From Thermoplasmata archaeon (GTDB taxonomy: Archaea > Thermoplasmatota > Thermoplasmata > Lutacidiplasmatales > UBA184), in NCBI GenBank assembly GCA_030041075.1, contig JASHOP010000029.1, forward strand, positions 1 through 50,146: a DNA stretch of 50,146 nucleotides, given 5' to 3'. Position 1 is the stretch's first letter. Each line of letters starts with the position of its first letter. This document shows, in pieces, positions 1 to 9,443 of this stretch. The translations under genes were made by a program, and so were the position numbers. A model generated the notes under the pieces. It did no database searches. It was not told where the DNA came from and worked only from the letters and a program-made list of their open reading frames with translations.

Positions 1-22
1 GGCGCAAGGAGAAGCCGGCGCG

Positions 23-682
23 ATGAAGGGAGCCTCGGAGACCCCCCCACCGCACGAACCCGAGGACGACGCCGGGCCGATCGTCCAGCGCCCCCAGCCG
101 GTCGCGCCGCCGCCGTTCGCGATCCCGCCCCTGTTTGGAAAGTACGCGTTCGAGGGCGTCGAGGTCCGCGACCCGGGGCTCCTGCCGTACCTGTACCTCC
201 ATGCGGTCTACGCCCCCCACACCGAGGGGCGGCTCTGCGGCCGTCCGTTTCTCAAGGTCCGCATGCACATCGTGGAGCGCCTCGCGAACCAGCTGATGAA
301 GGGCGGGAAATTCACCGGGAAGAAGATGAAGGCGCTCGCGACGGTCCGCCTCGCGTTCGACGAGATCGCCGAGAAGGAGGGGAAGAACCCGATCCAGATT
401 CTCGTCGACGCCGTCGAGAACGCCTCCCCGCGCGAAGAGGTCACCCGCCTCCAGTTCGGCGGGATCTCCGTCCCACGCGCGGTCGACGCGTCCCCATCCC
501 GCCGCCTCAACGTCGCGATCCGCAACCTCGCGATGGGGGCGATCCAGGCGTCCCGCAAGTCCACGAAGCCGATCGAGACCTGCCTCGCGGACGAGATACG
601 GCTGGCCGCGAAGGGTGAGATGACGGCGTTTTCCATCGGGCGGAAGGAAGAGGTCGAGCGCGTCTCGCAGTCGGCGCGCTAG
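23..682 (+). CDS. rps7: 30S ribosomal protein uS7 (archaeal type)
   Basis: LFGKY..V.V.DPGL, IVERL.N.LM, NPIQILVDAVENASPREE, AVD.SP.RR, C-terminal KEEVERVSQSAR; directly upstream of EF-2. Confidence 0.97.
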   Translation: MKGASETPPPHEPEDDAGPIVQRPQPVAPPPFAIPPLFGKYAFEGVEVRDPGLLPYLYLHAVYAPHTEGRLCGRPFLKVRMHIVERLANQLMKGGKFTGKKMKALATVRLAFDEIAEKEGKNPIQILVDAVENASPREEVTRLQFGGISVPRAVDASPSRRLNVAIRNLAMGAIQASRKSTKPIETCLADEIRLAAKGEMTAFSIGRKEEVERVSQSAR

Positions 683-698
683 GATCCAGGGAACCCAC

Positions 699-2900
699 AT
701 GACGCACATCCGAAGCGAGCTGGCGAAGGCCATCCCCGAGATGATGCGCAACATCGACCGGATCCGGAACATCGGGATCGTCGCGCACATCCACCACGGA
801 AAGACGACCCTCTCCGACAACCTGCTCGCGGCCGCGGGGATGATCTCCAACGAGCTCGCGGGCAAGCAGCTCTACCTCAACTTCGACGAGCAGGAGCAGG
901 CCCGCCTCCTGACGATCAACAACGCGGACGTGACGATCGTCCACGAGTTCGAGAACGAGAAGTATCTCATCAACCTCATCGACACCCCAGGTCACGTCGA
1001 CTTCGGGGGGGACGTCACCCGCGCGATGCGCGCCGTGGACGGCGCGATCGTGGTCGTGTGCGCCGTCGAAGGGGTGATGGCCCAGACCGAGACCGTGCTT
1101 CGGCAGGCGCTCCGCGAGAAGGTGAAGCCGGTCCTGTTCATCAACAAGGTCGACCGGGCGATCAAGGAGCTGAAGCTCACCCCCGAGTCGCTCCAGAAGC
1201 GGTTCACCTCGATCATCGGGGAGGTCAACGAGCTCATCCGGCGGATGGCCCCCGAGGAGTTCGTCGATGCCTGGTCGGTCGACCCGCGCGACGGGTCGGT
1301 CGCGTTCGGCTCGGGCTACGAGAACTGGGCGATCAGCGTCCCGTACATGCAGCGGACGGGCGTCAAGTTCCCCGACATCATCGACTACGTCTCGACCGGG
1401 CGTTCGCGCGAGATCGCCCAGAAGGCGAAGATCAACGACGTCGTCTTCGACATGGTCGTGCGTCACCTGCCGACGCCCCGCGTCGCTCAGAAGTACCGCA
1501 TCCCGAACATCTGGCGGGGGGACATCGGCTCGCCGATCGGCCAAGCGATGGTCGACACCGACCCCGCCGGACCGACCTCGTTCATGGTCACCGACATCAC
1601 GATGGACCCGAGCGCGGGCGAGATCGCGACGGGCCGGGTGTTCTCCGGGCACCTCGCCAAGGGGATGGAGCTCTCGATCGTCGGCACGAAGATGAAGGAC
1701 CGGATCCAGCACGTATCGCTCTTCATGGGCCCCGAGCGCCTGATGGTCGACGACGTCCCCGCCGGGAACATCGCCGCCGTGATCGGGCTCACGGACGCGT
1801 TCGCCGGCACGACGACGTCGACGTTCTCCGACATGACCCCGTTCGAGGAGATCCGGCACGTCTCCGAGCCGGTCGTGACCGTCGCGATCGAGCCGAAGAG
1901 GATGGCCGACCTCCCGAAGCTGATCGAGGTGATGCGCAAGATCGCGAAGGAGGATGCGAGCCTGCGCGTCGAGATCAACCCCGAGACCGGCGAGCACCTC
2001 CTCTCCGGAATGGGCGAGCTTCATCTCGAGATCACGGAGTTCCGCGTCATCAACGACTACAAGGTCGACATCGTCGCGTCGACCCCGATCGTCGTCTACC
2101 GGGAGCTCGTCCGCAAGCCCGGGGGACCGTTCGAGGGCAAGTCGCCCAACAAGCACAACAAGTTCTACTTCGAGGTGGAGCCCCTCCCCGCCGCGGTCGT
2201 GGCGGCCGTCAAGGAGGGCGAGATCCCGCAGGGCAAGTCGTTCAAGGACACGAAGACCCTCGTCGCGAAGCTCCACGAGCTCGGCGTCCCGCGCGAGGAG
2301 GGACGCGGGATCATCGCGGTCGAGGGGACGAACATCCTGTTCGACGTGACGAAGGGGATCCAGTACCTCAACGAGACGATGGACCTGATCGTCGACGCGT
2401 TCAAGGAGGCGATGAACCGCGGTCCGCTCGCGAACGAGAAGGTCTACGGCCTCAAGGTCCGGCTCGTCGACGCGAAGCTCCACGAGGACTCCATCCACCG
2501 GGGGCCCGCGCAGACGATCCCGGCGGCCCGGTCGGGGATCTACGGCGCGATGTGCCTCGGCGACCGGATGCTGCTGGAGCCGTTCCAGAAGGTCACGGTC
2601 AACGTGCCCCAGGAGGTCCTCGCGGGCTCGACCCGCGAGCTGCAGCGGCGCCGGGGGGAGATCCTCGACATGACGAACGTCGGCGACCTCCAGACGATCG
2701 TCGCGAAGGTACCGGTCGCGGAGATGTTCGGGTTCGCCTCGGACATCCGCAGCGCGACTGGAGGGAAGGTCCTCTGGGCGACCGAGTCGCTCGGCTTCGA
2801 ACCGGTCCCGGTCGACCTCCAGGGCAAGGTCGTCGCCGAGATCCGGCAGCGGCGCGGGCTCAAGCCCGAGCCGTACGACGCGAGCTACTACTCGGGTTGA
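699..2900 (+). CDS. fusA: Elongation factor EF-2 (archaeal)
   Basis: IRNIGIVAHIxHGKTT, DTPGHVDF, NKVD, GMGELHLE, diphthamide loop HEDSIHRGPAQ; 733 aa. Confidence 0.98.
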   Translation: MTHIRSELAKAIPEMMRNIDRIRNIGIVAHIHHGKTTLSDNLLAAAGMISNELAGKQLYLNFDEQEQARLLTINNADVTIVHEFENEKYLINLIDTPGHVDFGGDVTRAMRAVDGAIVVVCAVEGVMAQTETVLRQALREKVKPVLFINKVDRAIKELKLTPESLQKRFTSIIGEVNELIRRMAPEEFVDAWSVDPRDGSVAFGSGYENWAISVPYMQRTGVKFPDIIDYVSTGRSREIAQKAKINDVVFDMVVRHLPTPRVAQKYRIPNIWRGDIGSPIGQAMVDTDPAGPTSFMVTDITMDPSAGEIATGRVFSGHLAKGMELSIVGTKMKDRIQHVSLFMGPERLMVDDVPAGNIAAVIGLTDAFAGTTTSTFSDMTPFEEIRHVSEPVVTVAIEPKRMADLPKLIEVMRKIAKEDASLRVEINPETGEHLLSGMGELHLEITEFRVINDYKVDIVASTPIVVYRELVRKPGGPFEGKSPNKHNKFYFEVEPLPAAVVAAVKEGEIPQGKSFKDTKTLVAKLHELGVPREEGRGIIAVEGTNILFDVTKGIQYLNETMDLIVDAFKEAMNRGPLANEKVYGLKVRLVDAKLHEDSIHRGPAQTIPAARSGIYGAMCLGDRMLLEPFQKVTVNVPQEVLAGSTRELQRRRGEILDMTNVGDLQTIVAKVPVAEMFGFASDIRSATGGKVLWATESLGFEPVPVDLQGKVVAEIRQRRGLKPEPYDASYYSG

Positions 2901-2922
2901 CCGCGGCGGCGCCGTCGGATAT

Positions 2923-2945
2923 AGCTACTACGACTCGTAGTAGCT
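2923..2945. repeat. Perfect palindrome AGCTACTACGA-C-TCGTAGTAGCT (copy 1)
   Basis: 11-bp arms with a 1-nt centre, read directly from the sequence; between convergent fusA and ogt. Confidence 0.9.
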
Positions 2946-3024
2946 TATCGATACGCCGAGCGCCGTCGCGGAGGGTGAGGACGCGCCGTACGTGCCCGGG
3001 CCGAACGTCGGGGGCTCGTGGAAA

Positions 3025-3636
3025 CTAACTACGGGTCGTAGTAGCTTGGCGGCCGGCCCTCGGCCGGGTCGGCGGCCCGCCGTCCCCGTCGAGCGTCCGC
3101 TGGCCGCGGGGCCTCGGTCCGTCGGCGGAGCGCGACCGCAGCGGCCAGGCTCCCTCGTGGTCGAGGAGCCAGCGCTTCCGCCACAGGCCGAGGCCGAAGC
3201 CGGTGATCGACCCCCCCGCCCCGACGACCCGGTGGCACGGGATCACGATCGGGATCGGGTTGCGGGCCATCGCGCCGCCCACGGCGCGCGCCGAGCCTTG
3301 AAACCCGGATCGTCGGGCGAGCTCCCCGTAGGTCACGGTGCGACCCGCGCGGACGGCCCGGAGCACGGTCCAGACCCTCCGGTCGAACTCGGAGGCGGTC
3401 TCGGGCTCGACGTTGACCTCGAGGTCGGAGAGGGTCCCGCGGAAGTACTCCCGCAGCTGCTGCGGCGGGCTCCCCTCGGCGAACGGCGCCCGACGGGGGG
3501 AGGCCCCGGCGGGCATGCCGGTCTGGTGCACGCCGTTCTCGAGCAGGTCGACCACGCGCACGGTGGATCCGGAGTAGGCGACGCGGAACGTCCCGATCGG
3601 CGAGGGGACGTCCGCCACCTCGAGCGACGACGTCAT
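3025..3636 (-). CDS. ogt: Methylated-DNA--protein-cysteine methyltransferase
   Basis: TYGELA, ARAVGGAMARNP, active site PCHRV; ATG 3636 preferred, with an AT-rich element at about 3661. Confidence 0.95.
   Translation of the reverse strand: MTSSLEVADVPSPIGTFRVAYSGSTVRVVDLLENGVHQTGMPAGASPRRAPFAEGSPPQQLREYFRGTLSDLEVNVEPETASEFDRRVWTVLRAVRAGRTVTYGELARRSGFQGSARAVGGAMARNPIPIVIPCHRVVGAGGSITGFGLGLWRKRWLLDHEGAWPLRSRSADGPRPRGQRTLDGDGGPPTRPRAGRQATTTRS
3028..3047. repeat. Imperfect second copy of the palindrome (ACTACGGGTCGTAGTAGCTT)
   Basis: 18/20 identical to 2927-2946, 101 bp downstream. Confidence 0.85.
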
Positions 3637-3671
3637 CGCACGCCCCACAGGGCTCCGGGCTTATCTTGGTT

Positions 3672-4364
3672 TCAACCGGGCCCGACCGACTCGAGCGACG
3701 TGGGGCCGATGCGGAACTCCGCCGCCCCCTCCGGGAGCGACCGGTGCTTCACGAGGACGATGCGCCGGCGGGGTCCCGTCTGACGCTCGAACCTGAGGAT
3801 CGTCTTCGCGGCATGGTTCAGGAACGAGCCGCCGATCGGCTCCAGCGTCCCGTCCCGCACGCTCCGCCAGACCTGGTTGGTGAGGACGACGGGGACGGAC
3901 GCCTGGCGGGCGGTGGCGACGAGCTCGGCGATCTCGAGGACCAGGGCCGTCCGCGCCTCGTCCTCGCCGTCGCCGGCCAGGGAGAGCCGGTAGTAGGCGG
4001 TGGCGGAGTCGACCACGATGAGCCCGACGGGCCGCTGGCCGTCCCGCGCGAGCGCGCAGGCGGTCGCAACCGCTCTCCCCTGCTGCTCGAGATCCTGGGG
4101 TGTGGAAACGAGAAGCCGCTTCAGGATCCGGTCGAGGTCGGGGCCCGCGACCTGGCGGAGACGGTCGGCGCTGACCCCCTCCGTGTCGATGTAGAGCGAC
4201 CAGCGCCCGGCCCGCGCGACCCGGACGGCGAGATCGAGGCAGAAGAGCGTCTTGCCGCTCCCCCCCTCGCCGTAGATCTCGGTGACGCAGTCGGTCTCGA
4301 GACCGCCGGCGAGGAGCCGGTCAGCGGAGGCGATCCCGGTCGGAAGCCGCTCGGCCGGCATCAC
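3672..4364 (-). CDS. radB: DNA repair and recombination protein RadB
   Basis: RecA-like without N-terminal domain; Walker A GEGGSGKT, IVVDS, TNQV, RadB-type KHR motif. Confidence 0.93.
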   Translation of the reverse strand: MMPAERLPTGIASADRLLAGGLETDCVTEIYGEGGSGKTLFCLDLAVRVARAGRWSLYIDTEGVSADRLRQVAGPDLDRILKRLLVSTPQDLEQQGRAVATACALARDGQRPVGLIVVDSATAYYRLSLAGDGEDEARTALVLEIAELVATARQASVPVVLTNQVWRSVRDGTLEPIGGSFLNHAAKTILRFERQTGPRRRIVLVKHRSLPEGAAEFRIGPTSLESVGPG

Positions 4365-4384
4365 CGCGGAGGAGGGAGACCGGC

Positions 4385-4390
4385 CTATAA
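4385..4390 (-). promoter_or_regulatory. TATA-like box (TTATAG) for radB
   Basis: AT-rich hexamer about 21-24 nt upstream of the start in GC-rich DNA. Confidence 0.55.
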
Positions 4391-4391
4391 T

Positions 4392-5753
4392 CTAGGAGGC
4401 GCGAGCCGGACGGCCGAGCGCGTACGGTCGGGCGAGGTCGGCGGAGACCACCGTCCCCGAATCCGAGCGGAACGCCTCGGGGTGCTCGGTGTGGATCGGG
4501 TAGACAGTGCGGGCGCGCAGCTGCGCGACGATCGCCTCGAGCTCGGGGCCGGAGGCGTGACCGCTCGCGTGCATCTGGTGGAACTCAAGACCGAAGTGGT
4601 CGAGCCAGTTGTGCATCACGCGGTCGTCGACGTCGTCCTCGCTGAACGGCTCGCTCATCGAGTGGACGAACGGGCTGCCCTTCGGCGGCCTCAGGTCGAT
4701 CAGCTCGGGGTAATGCGCGAGGTCGAGCGCGAGGAGGTAGCGCTTCCCGTCGGCCCGCACCTCCTCCGCCGTGAGCGCCTCGTCCAGGAACGGCTCCTCC
4801 CACTTGAAGAACCGCTTCTTCTTGCGGGCGTAGGTCCGGATCCCGGGGCTCGCCCCCGGCACCGGCAGCGATCCTCGGGGGAAACGGGAGGCGACAGCGG
4901 CGAGAAGGTGCGCGGTCCGGGTCGAGACGACCAGCGTCCTTCCCCCGGAGGTCGCCGCGCCGTGGAGCGTGCGAAGCCGGTCGACGTCCCGGGGGTAGGT
5001 GCACGCGAGCGCGAGCGTCGGCCGGTCCGCGAGGACGCCGTCGACCGCGGCCCGGACCCCCTCCTCCGTGAGGTTGCGGCGGGGATCCGGCCCCGCGCGG
5101 GTCCCCTCGATCAGGAGCGCGTCGGGTCGTTCGCCGGCCGCTGCCTCGAGGAACGCGCGGGTGTCCGCTGCCCGCGGCCCGTGATGGCGGAAGTCGCCGG
5201 TGTAGACGAGGGTGCCCTCGGAGGTCCGGACGACGAAGCCGTAGGCGAACGGGATCGAGTGGTCGACCGGATGCGGGACGACCTCGAGCCGGCCGACCTT
5301 CACGGGCGACCGGTCCGGCACGGTGCGCCACGCGTGCTCCCCGTACTTCATCGTCGGGCTCGACGACTGGATGGCGTCGAGGAGGACCTTCGTCCCCTCG
5401 CCGAGGTAGACCGGTATCTCCGGGTCGACCAGCGACAGGTATCCGGCGTGATCGGCGTGCGCGTGGCTGACGAAGATCCCGTGGATCTCCGGCGCCCGCC
5501 AGGCGAGGTCCGCGTCCGCGAGCGCCTCGCGGGAGTAGAGCCCCTCGACCCGGGGCAGGAGGTCGAACTCGAGGAGGTCCTTGACGGGGCTCGTCGAGCG
5601 AGGCTGCAGGAATCCGGAGTAGTATGCTTCGTACCGGGGGGCGAACGACGGCCCGAAGTCGAACAGGATCCGGTCGGGGCCGTCCTCGATCAGGATCTTG
5701 TTGCCGCCGATCTCCCGGATCCCGCCGAGGAACGTTACCGTGGGGCTTCGCAT
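4392..5753 (-). CDS. Metallo-beta-lactamase/beta-CASP nuclease, RNase J-like
   Basis: GG..EIGGN, DFG, HAHADH, DHS, YTGDF, C-terminal HASGH and PIHTEH. Confidence 0.85.
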   Translation of the reverse strand: MRSPTVTFLGGIREIGGNKILIEDGPDRILFDFGPSFAPRYEAYYSGFLQPRSTSPVKDLLEFDLLPRVEGLYSREALADADLAWRAPEIHGIFVSHAHADHAGYLSLVDPEIPVYLGEGTKVLLDAIQSSSPTMKYGEHAWRTVPDRSPVKVGRLEVVPHPVDHSIPFAYGFVVRTSEGTLVYTGDFRHHGPRAADTRAFLEAAAGERPDALLIEGTRAGPDPRRNLTEEGVRAAVDGVLADRPTLALACTYPRDVDRLRTLHGAATSGGRTLVVSTRTAHLLAAVASRFPRGSLPVPGASPGIRTYARKKKRFFKWEEPFLDEALTAEEVRADGKRYLLALDLAHYPELIDLRPPKGSPFVHSMSEPFSEDDVDDRVMHNWLDHFGLEFHQMHASGHASGPELEAIVAQLRARTVYPIHTEHPEAFRSDSGTVVSADLARPYALGRPARAS

Positions 5754-5849
5754 CGCTACGCGGGGAAGTCGCCCGGAGATTATCGATTTGGGGGGTCCTT
5801 CGGGTCGGCCCCGCCCCGGAGCCGGCGTGCCGAACGGAGGAGGGGACCC

Positions 5850-5984
5850 CTAGCGGGCCTTCAGGACCTTCTTCACGTTCGGGTGTTCCTTCGTGAAGAT
5901 CTTCCCCCCGCAGTTGTCGCAGCGAACCCCGAACAGGTTCGCATCCGACGGGAGTGCCTCACCGCAACGGATGCAACGGAACAT
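5850..5984 (-). CDS. rpoP: DNA-directed RNA polymerase subunit P (Rpo12)
   Basis: 44 aa MFRCIRCG...VRCDNCGGKIFTK...KVLKAR zinc ribbon; canonical position after rpl37ae. Confidence 0.93.
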   Translation of the reverse strand: MFRCIRCGEALPSDANLFGVRCDNCGGKIFTKEHPNVKKVLKAR

Positions 5985-6010
5985 CGACCGGGAACGACGC
6001 CGCCGAGAGC

Positions 6011-6280
6011 TTAAGAGTTGCCGGGGAGCGGAGCCTTCTCGGTCCGCACGATCGGGGGCGGGGCCGCGAAGACGTAGGCGTTCGACGCGAACCGGGTGCC
6101 GCACCGCCGGCACTCGAAGATCCCGCTCGCGACGCGCCGGAGCGTCGCGGTGGAGCACCGGGGGCACGCGGCGGGCCGGCGCCGCGCGCGGTCCAGCTCC
6201 AGGACCCGCCGCCGGATCCGGATCCCGTAGCGCGGACCCATCCAGCCGGTCGAACCGACCTTCTTCGTCCGCTGGCTCAC
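6011..6280 (-). CDS. rpl37ae: 50S ribosomal protein L37Ae (eL43)
   Basis: TKKVGSTG.MGPRYG, CPRC...CRRC zinc finger; GTG start overlaps the rrp42 stop. Confidence 0.95.
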   Translation of the reverse strand: MSQRTKKVGSTGWMGPRYGIRIRRRVLELDRARRRPAACPRCSTATLRRVASGIFECRRCGTRFASNAYVFAAPPPIVRTEKAPLPGNS

Positions 6281-7065
6281 GACCGGCCCCCCTTCACCAG
6301 CGAGCGCAGTCGCTCGCCGTGCGCGAACGCCCGGCGCGCGACCGCCTTGACATCGTCGGGAGAGAACGCGCCGACCAGGCCCTTCTGCATCGCCACGACG
6401 CGGCCGGTCTCGTCGGTCGCCACCGTCAGGCGTCCCTGCGCCGCATGCTCCTCCTCGAACGTCGGATCGACCATGATCGTGTCGCCGAGGCGCACGAACG
6501 TGCACTCGATTGGCACGTGCAGGACGTCGAGCGGGTAGTCCTCCGACGCGACCTCGAACCGCTTCGCCGGGACGGTCGCGTTCGAGAGCGCCGTGACCGC
6601 CGCCAGGAGCGAGGCGTCGATCAGGTTGCCCGCGTGCTCGAGGACGTGGACGTCCACGTAGCAGACCCAGGTCTTCTCGCCCGGGGTGACGCACAGGCGC
6701 GTCAGGTCGATCGTTTCCGCAGCGCGGATCGCGCGGTCGACCACCCGCGAGACCTCGATCGCCCCGGGCTGGGGCGGTCCGGGCTCGAACGTGGGGCTCG
6801 AGAGCGGGATCAGCTCGGCGTTGGTCGTGAGGACCCCCGCGTTCGGCGTGTCGGGGAACGGCTTCCCCGGCTCGAGCTTGATCCCGGCGAGGACCCGGGT
6901 CTGGCCGAGGCGGATGAGAGCGCTCCCGTCCGCCGTGGAGACGAACCCGGGCTCGGTCGTGATCGGGCGGTACTCGTCCGGCCCGCGGCCGTCGAGCCGC
7001 CGGCCGTCGGCGGCGAGGTCGAGGATGTGCGTCGTCAGGATCTCGGCGACGACCTCCTCGGTCAT
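6277..7065 (-). CDS. rrp42: Exosome complex component Rrp42
   Basis: RLDGRGPDEYR, ADGSA...LGQT, PFPDTP, FEPGPP, SRVVDRAIR, VDPTFEEE; ATG 7065 overlaps the rrp41 stop. Confidence 0.96.
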   Translation of the reverse strand: MTEEVVAEILTTHILDLAADGRRLDGRGPDEYRPITTEPGFVSTADGSALIRLGQTRVLAGIKLEPGKPFPDTPNAGVLTTNAELIPLSSPTFEPGPPQPGAIEVSRVVDRAIRAAETIDLTRLCVTPGEKTWVCYVDVHVLEHAGNLIDASLLAAVTALSNATVPAKRFEVASEDYPLDVLHVPIECTFVRLGDTIMVDPTFEEEHAAQGRLTVATDETGRVVAMQKGLVGAFSPDDVKAVARRAFAHGERLRSLVKGGRS

Positions 7066-7814
7066 GCCGCACCCCCCGCGACCGGGGTGAGGGCGTAGCG
7101 CTCGCGGAGCGCCGCCTTCATCCGGTCGTAGATCTCCCGGCAGCCCTTGACCCCCAGGTCGAGCGACCGTCCGAGCTCCTCCTCGGTCATGTGGCCCTCC
7201 ATCTGGAGGAGCACGAGGCGGCCCGACTGGGGGACGAGCGCCATCGGGAGGTCGGCCTCGCCGAAGTTGTCCTCCTCCTTCTTGAGGTCGAGGCAGATCT
7301 GGCCGGCGACCTTCCCGACGGCAACGGCCGGGACCAGGTCGACCATCGGGATTCCCGCGTCGGCGAGCGCGACCGAGGCCGCGACCAGGCCGGCGCACCG
7401 CGTTCCCGCGTTCGCCTGCAGCACCTCGATGTAGACGTCGATGCTCGTCCGCGGGAACTCCTCCGCGAAGACGACCGACTCGAACGCCTCGGCGATGACC
7501 TTCGATATCTCCTGGGAGCGTCGGTCGAGGCCGGGGCGCTTGCGCTCGTCGACCGCGAACGCGGCCATGTTGTACTTGCACTGGATGACCGCCTTGTGGT
7601 TCTGCTGGAGGTGGCGCGGGTGGACCTCCCGGGGCCCATAGACCGCCGCCATCACCTTGTTCTGTCCCCATTCGACGAACGCCGAGCCGTCGGCCTGGTG
7701 GAGGGTCCCCGCCTCGATCCGGATCGGCCGGAGCTCGTCGAGCCGTCGTCCGTCCAGACGGAGTCCCTCGGGGCTCAAGAGGACCGGTACGTCCTTCGCT
7801 CCTACGTTTCCCAT
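7062..7814 (-). CDS. rrp41: Exosome complex exonuclease Rrp41
   Basis: RLDGRRLDELRPI, AVYGPRE, RRSQEISKVI, GTRCA, EEDNFGEAD. Confidence 0.97.
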   Translation of the reverse strand: MGNVGAKDVPVLLSPEGLRLDGRRLDELRPIRIEAGTLHQADGSAFVEWGQNKVMAAVYGPREVHPRHLQQNHKAVIQCKYNMAAFAVDERKRPGLDRRSQEISKVIAEAFESVVFAEEFPRTSIDVYIEVLQANAGTRCAGLVAASVALADAGIPMVDLVPAVAVGKVAGQICLDLKKEEDNFGEADLPMALVPQSGRLVLLQMEGHMTEEELGRSLDLGVKGCREIYDRMKAALRERYALTPVAGGAA

Positions 7815-7830
7815 GCTGCCTCCTTGGATG

Positions 7831-8688
7831 CTACAGTTCCTCGGACCGGAACGACGGCGGGGCGTCGCCGCGGGTTCCGCCCCAGGGGCGTGGGTCCGTC
7901 TCGTCGGACCGGTCCCGCGCGCCGGCGGGCGCCGGAGGCCGCACCTCGGGCTCGACCGGCCCGTCGGGGACCGTCGACCGGAGGTACGCCTCGACCTCCT
8001 GGGTAAGGCCGGACCGCTGGCCGTTCTCGTCGATCCTCTTGAGGACCTCCGAGACCCGGTGGATCGCCCCGGGCGACCCTTCGACCCAGATCCGGCCGTT
8101 CTGGCCGATCGCCAGGCGCGCGCCCGTGAGCCGCGTGATCATCTCGACCATCGAGCCGCCGCGCCCGACGACCCGGGGGACGCGCGCGGGCGACACCCTG
8201 ACGATCGTTCCTCCCTCGAGCTTGCCGAGCCCCTCCCCGACCATCGTGACCCCGATCCGTCCGGTCGCCTCCAGGTTCTCGACCCGGACGACGACCGCGT
8301 CCCCGACGTGGAGGTAGCGCTCGGTCTCCCCGACCTCGATCGACCAGGGGGTGCCGGTCATGTGGAGCGGGGCCCAGCGGGGCGCCGCGATGTCGAGCAG
8401 CCAGAACGTCGTCTGGACGTCCGTGACCGTGCCGACCACGACGTCCCCGGCCCGGGGAATGTATCGCCCGGAGAGCGGGGTGACGTGGACGAGGGGAGGC
8501 CGCTCGGCCACGAGGCCGAGGACGCTGGCGTAGATCTTGCCCCCGACGCGGTACGTGCCCGGACCGGGCCTCAAGCCCCGGCTCGGGACCTCGTCCCCCG
8601 GAAGAACTAGTACGCGATCCCCTGAGGGATGCGAGGGAACTCCCTCGCGGCCACGCCCGCGGTGGCCCGATCGATGACCTCTGGACAT
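7831..8688 (-). CDS. rrp4: Exosome complex RNA-binding protein Rrp4
   Basis: VLPGD, YIPRAGDVVVG (S1), RVPRVVGRGGSM...GQNGRIWV (KH). Confidence 0.95.
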   Translation of the reverse strand: MSRGHRSGHRGRGREGVPSHPSGDRVLVLPGDEVPSRGLRPGPGTYRVGGKIYASVLGLVAERPPLVHVTPLSGRYIPRAGDVVVGTVTDVQTTFWLLDIAAPRWAPLHMTGTPWSIEVGETERYLHVGDAVVVRVENLEATGRIGVTMVGEGLGKLEGGTIVRVSPARVPRVVGRGGSMVEMITRLTGARLAIGQNGRIWVEGSPGAIHRVSEVLKRIDENGQRSGLTQEVEAYLRSTVPDGPVEPEVRPPAPAGARDRSDETDPRPWGGTRGDAPPSFRSEEL

Positions 8689-8724
8689 TGTGGTTGCTGC
8701 ACCGGTCCGCCCGACCGGAGTGCC

Positions 8725-9420
8725 CTATTTAACGAGAGCCGTCTCGGCGGCGCCCTTCGTGCGCGCGCTGAGCCTCTCGTAGAGCTCCGTCTGGACCCCG
8801 GCGGGGATCTCGACGATCCCGACCCAGGCGCCGTTCGACTGCCACTCCTCCTGGAGCAGCCGACCGAGGGACTTGACGTCCCCGATCACCCGCGGGTAGT
8901 GCTGGGCCGGGAGCCGGATCCGGACCCGGACGACATCCAGACGGATCGGGATCAGCGGCCGGAGCTTGTCGAGGACCTCCGGCACCTGGGCGTCCACGGG
9001 GCGGAACGGGTCGATGTGGACCTTCGCCTCGGCCATCGCCGCCTCGATCCGCGCCGGAGGGTGGGGCGCCCCCGTCTGGGGGTTCATCGCGTTGCGGGCG
9101 ATCGTCGCGACGACCTGCCGCCGCTTGGTCTCCTGAAGCTGGCGACGCTGCTCGGTCGTGACCTGGACCTCCCCCCGGAGCACGATCTGCTTCGCGATCG
9201 CCCCGATGTCCCGGGTGTGGAACGTCCGCTCGAGGTGCTCCTCGGAGATCTTGTCGCCCTTCTTCGCGTCCTTGAAGACGTGCTCCAAGGCGAGCTTGTC
9301 CGTGAGGTCGACGTCCTTCCCGTCCTTCAGCTCCTGGACGGCGGCCGGGTCGACGAGGACCTCGAACCGCGAGCCCTGGGTCTCCCACCGCGCGATGACC
9401 GCGTCCTCGACCTTCACCAT
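8725..9420 (-). CDS. Ribosome maturation factor SBDS/Sdo1
   Basis: FEVLVDP, VFKDAKKG, NPQTGAPHPPARIEAAM; conserved position between psmA and rrp4. Confidence 0.95.
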   Translation of the reverse strand: MVKVEDAVIARWETQGSRFEVLVDPAAVQELKDGKDVDLTDKLALEHVFKDAKKGDKISEEHLERTFHTRDIGAIAKQIVLRGEVQVTTEQRRQLQETKRRQVVATIARNAMNPQTGAPHPPARIEAAMAEAKVHIDPFRPVDAQVPEVLDKLRPLIPIRLDVVRVRIRLPAQHYPRVIGDVKSLGRLLQEEWQSNGAWVGIVEIPAGVQTELYERLSARTKGAAETALVK

Positions 9421-9443
9421 CGGAAGGGCCCGAGGCCACCGGC

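Noticed and set aside
2923-2945. Palindrome as a canonical Xer dif site
   Set aside because: It lacks the 11-6-11 layout with inner TAA/TTA of known dif sites; kept only as an unexplained motif.
507-3028. Long antisense and off-frame ORFs over fusA (663 aa, 656 aa) and similar ones throughout the window
   Set aside because: Shadow ORFs expected at very high GC; Arg/Pro/Gly-rich, no motifs, and they overlap well-supported genes.
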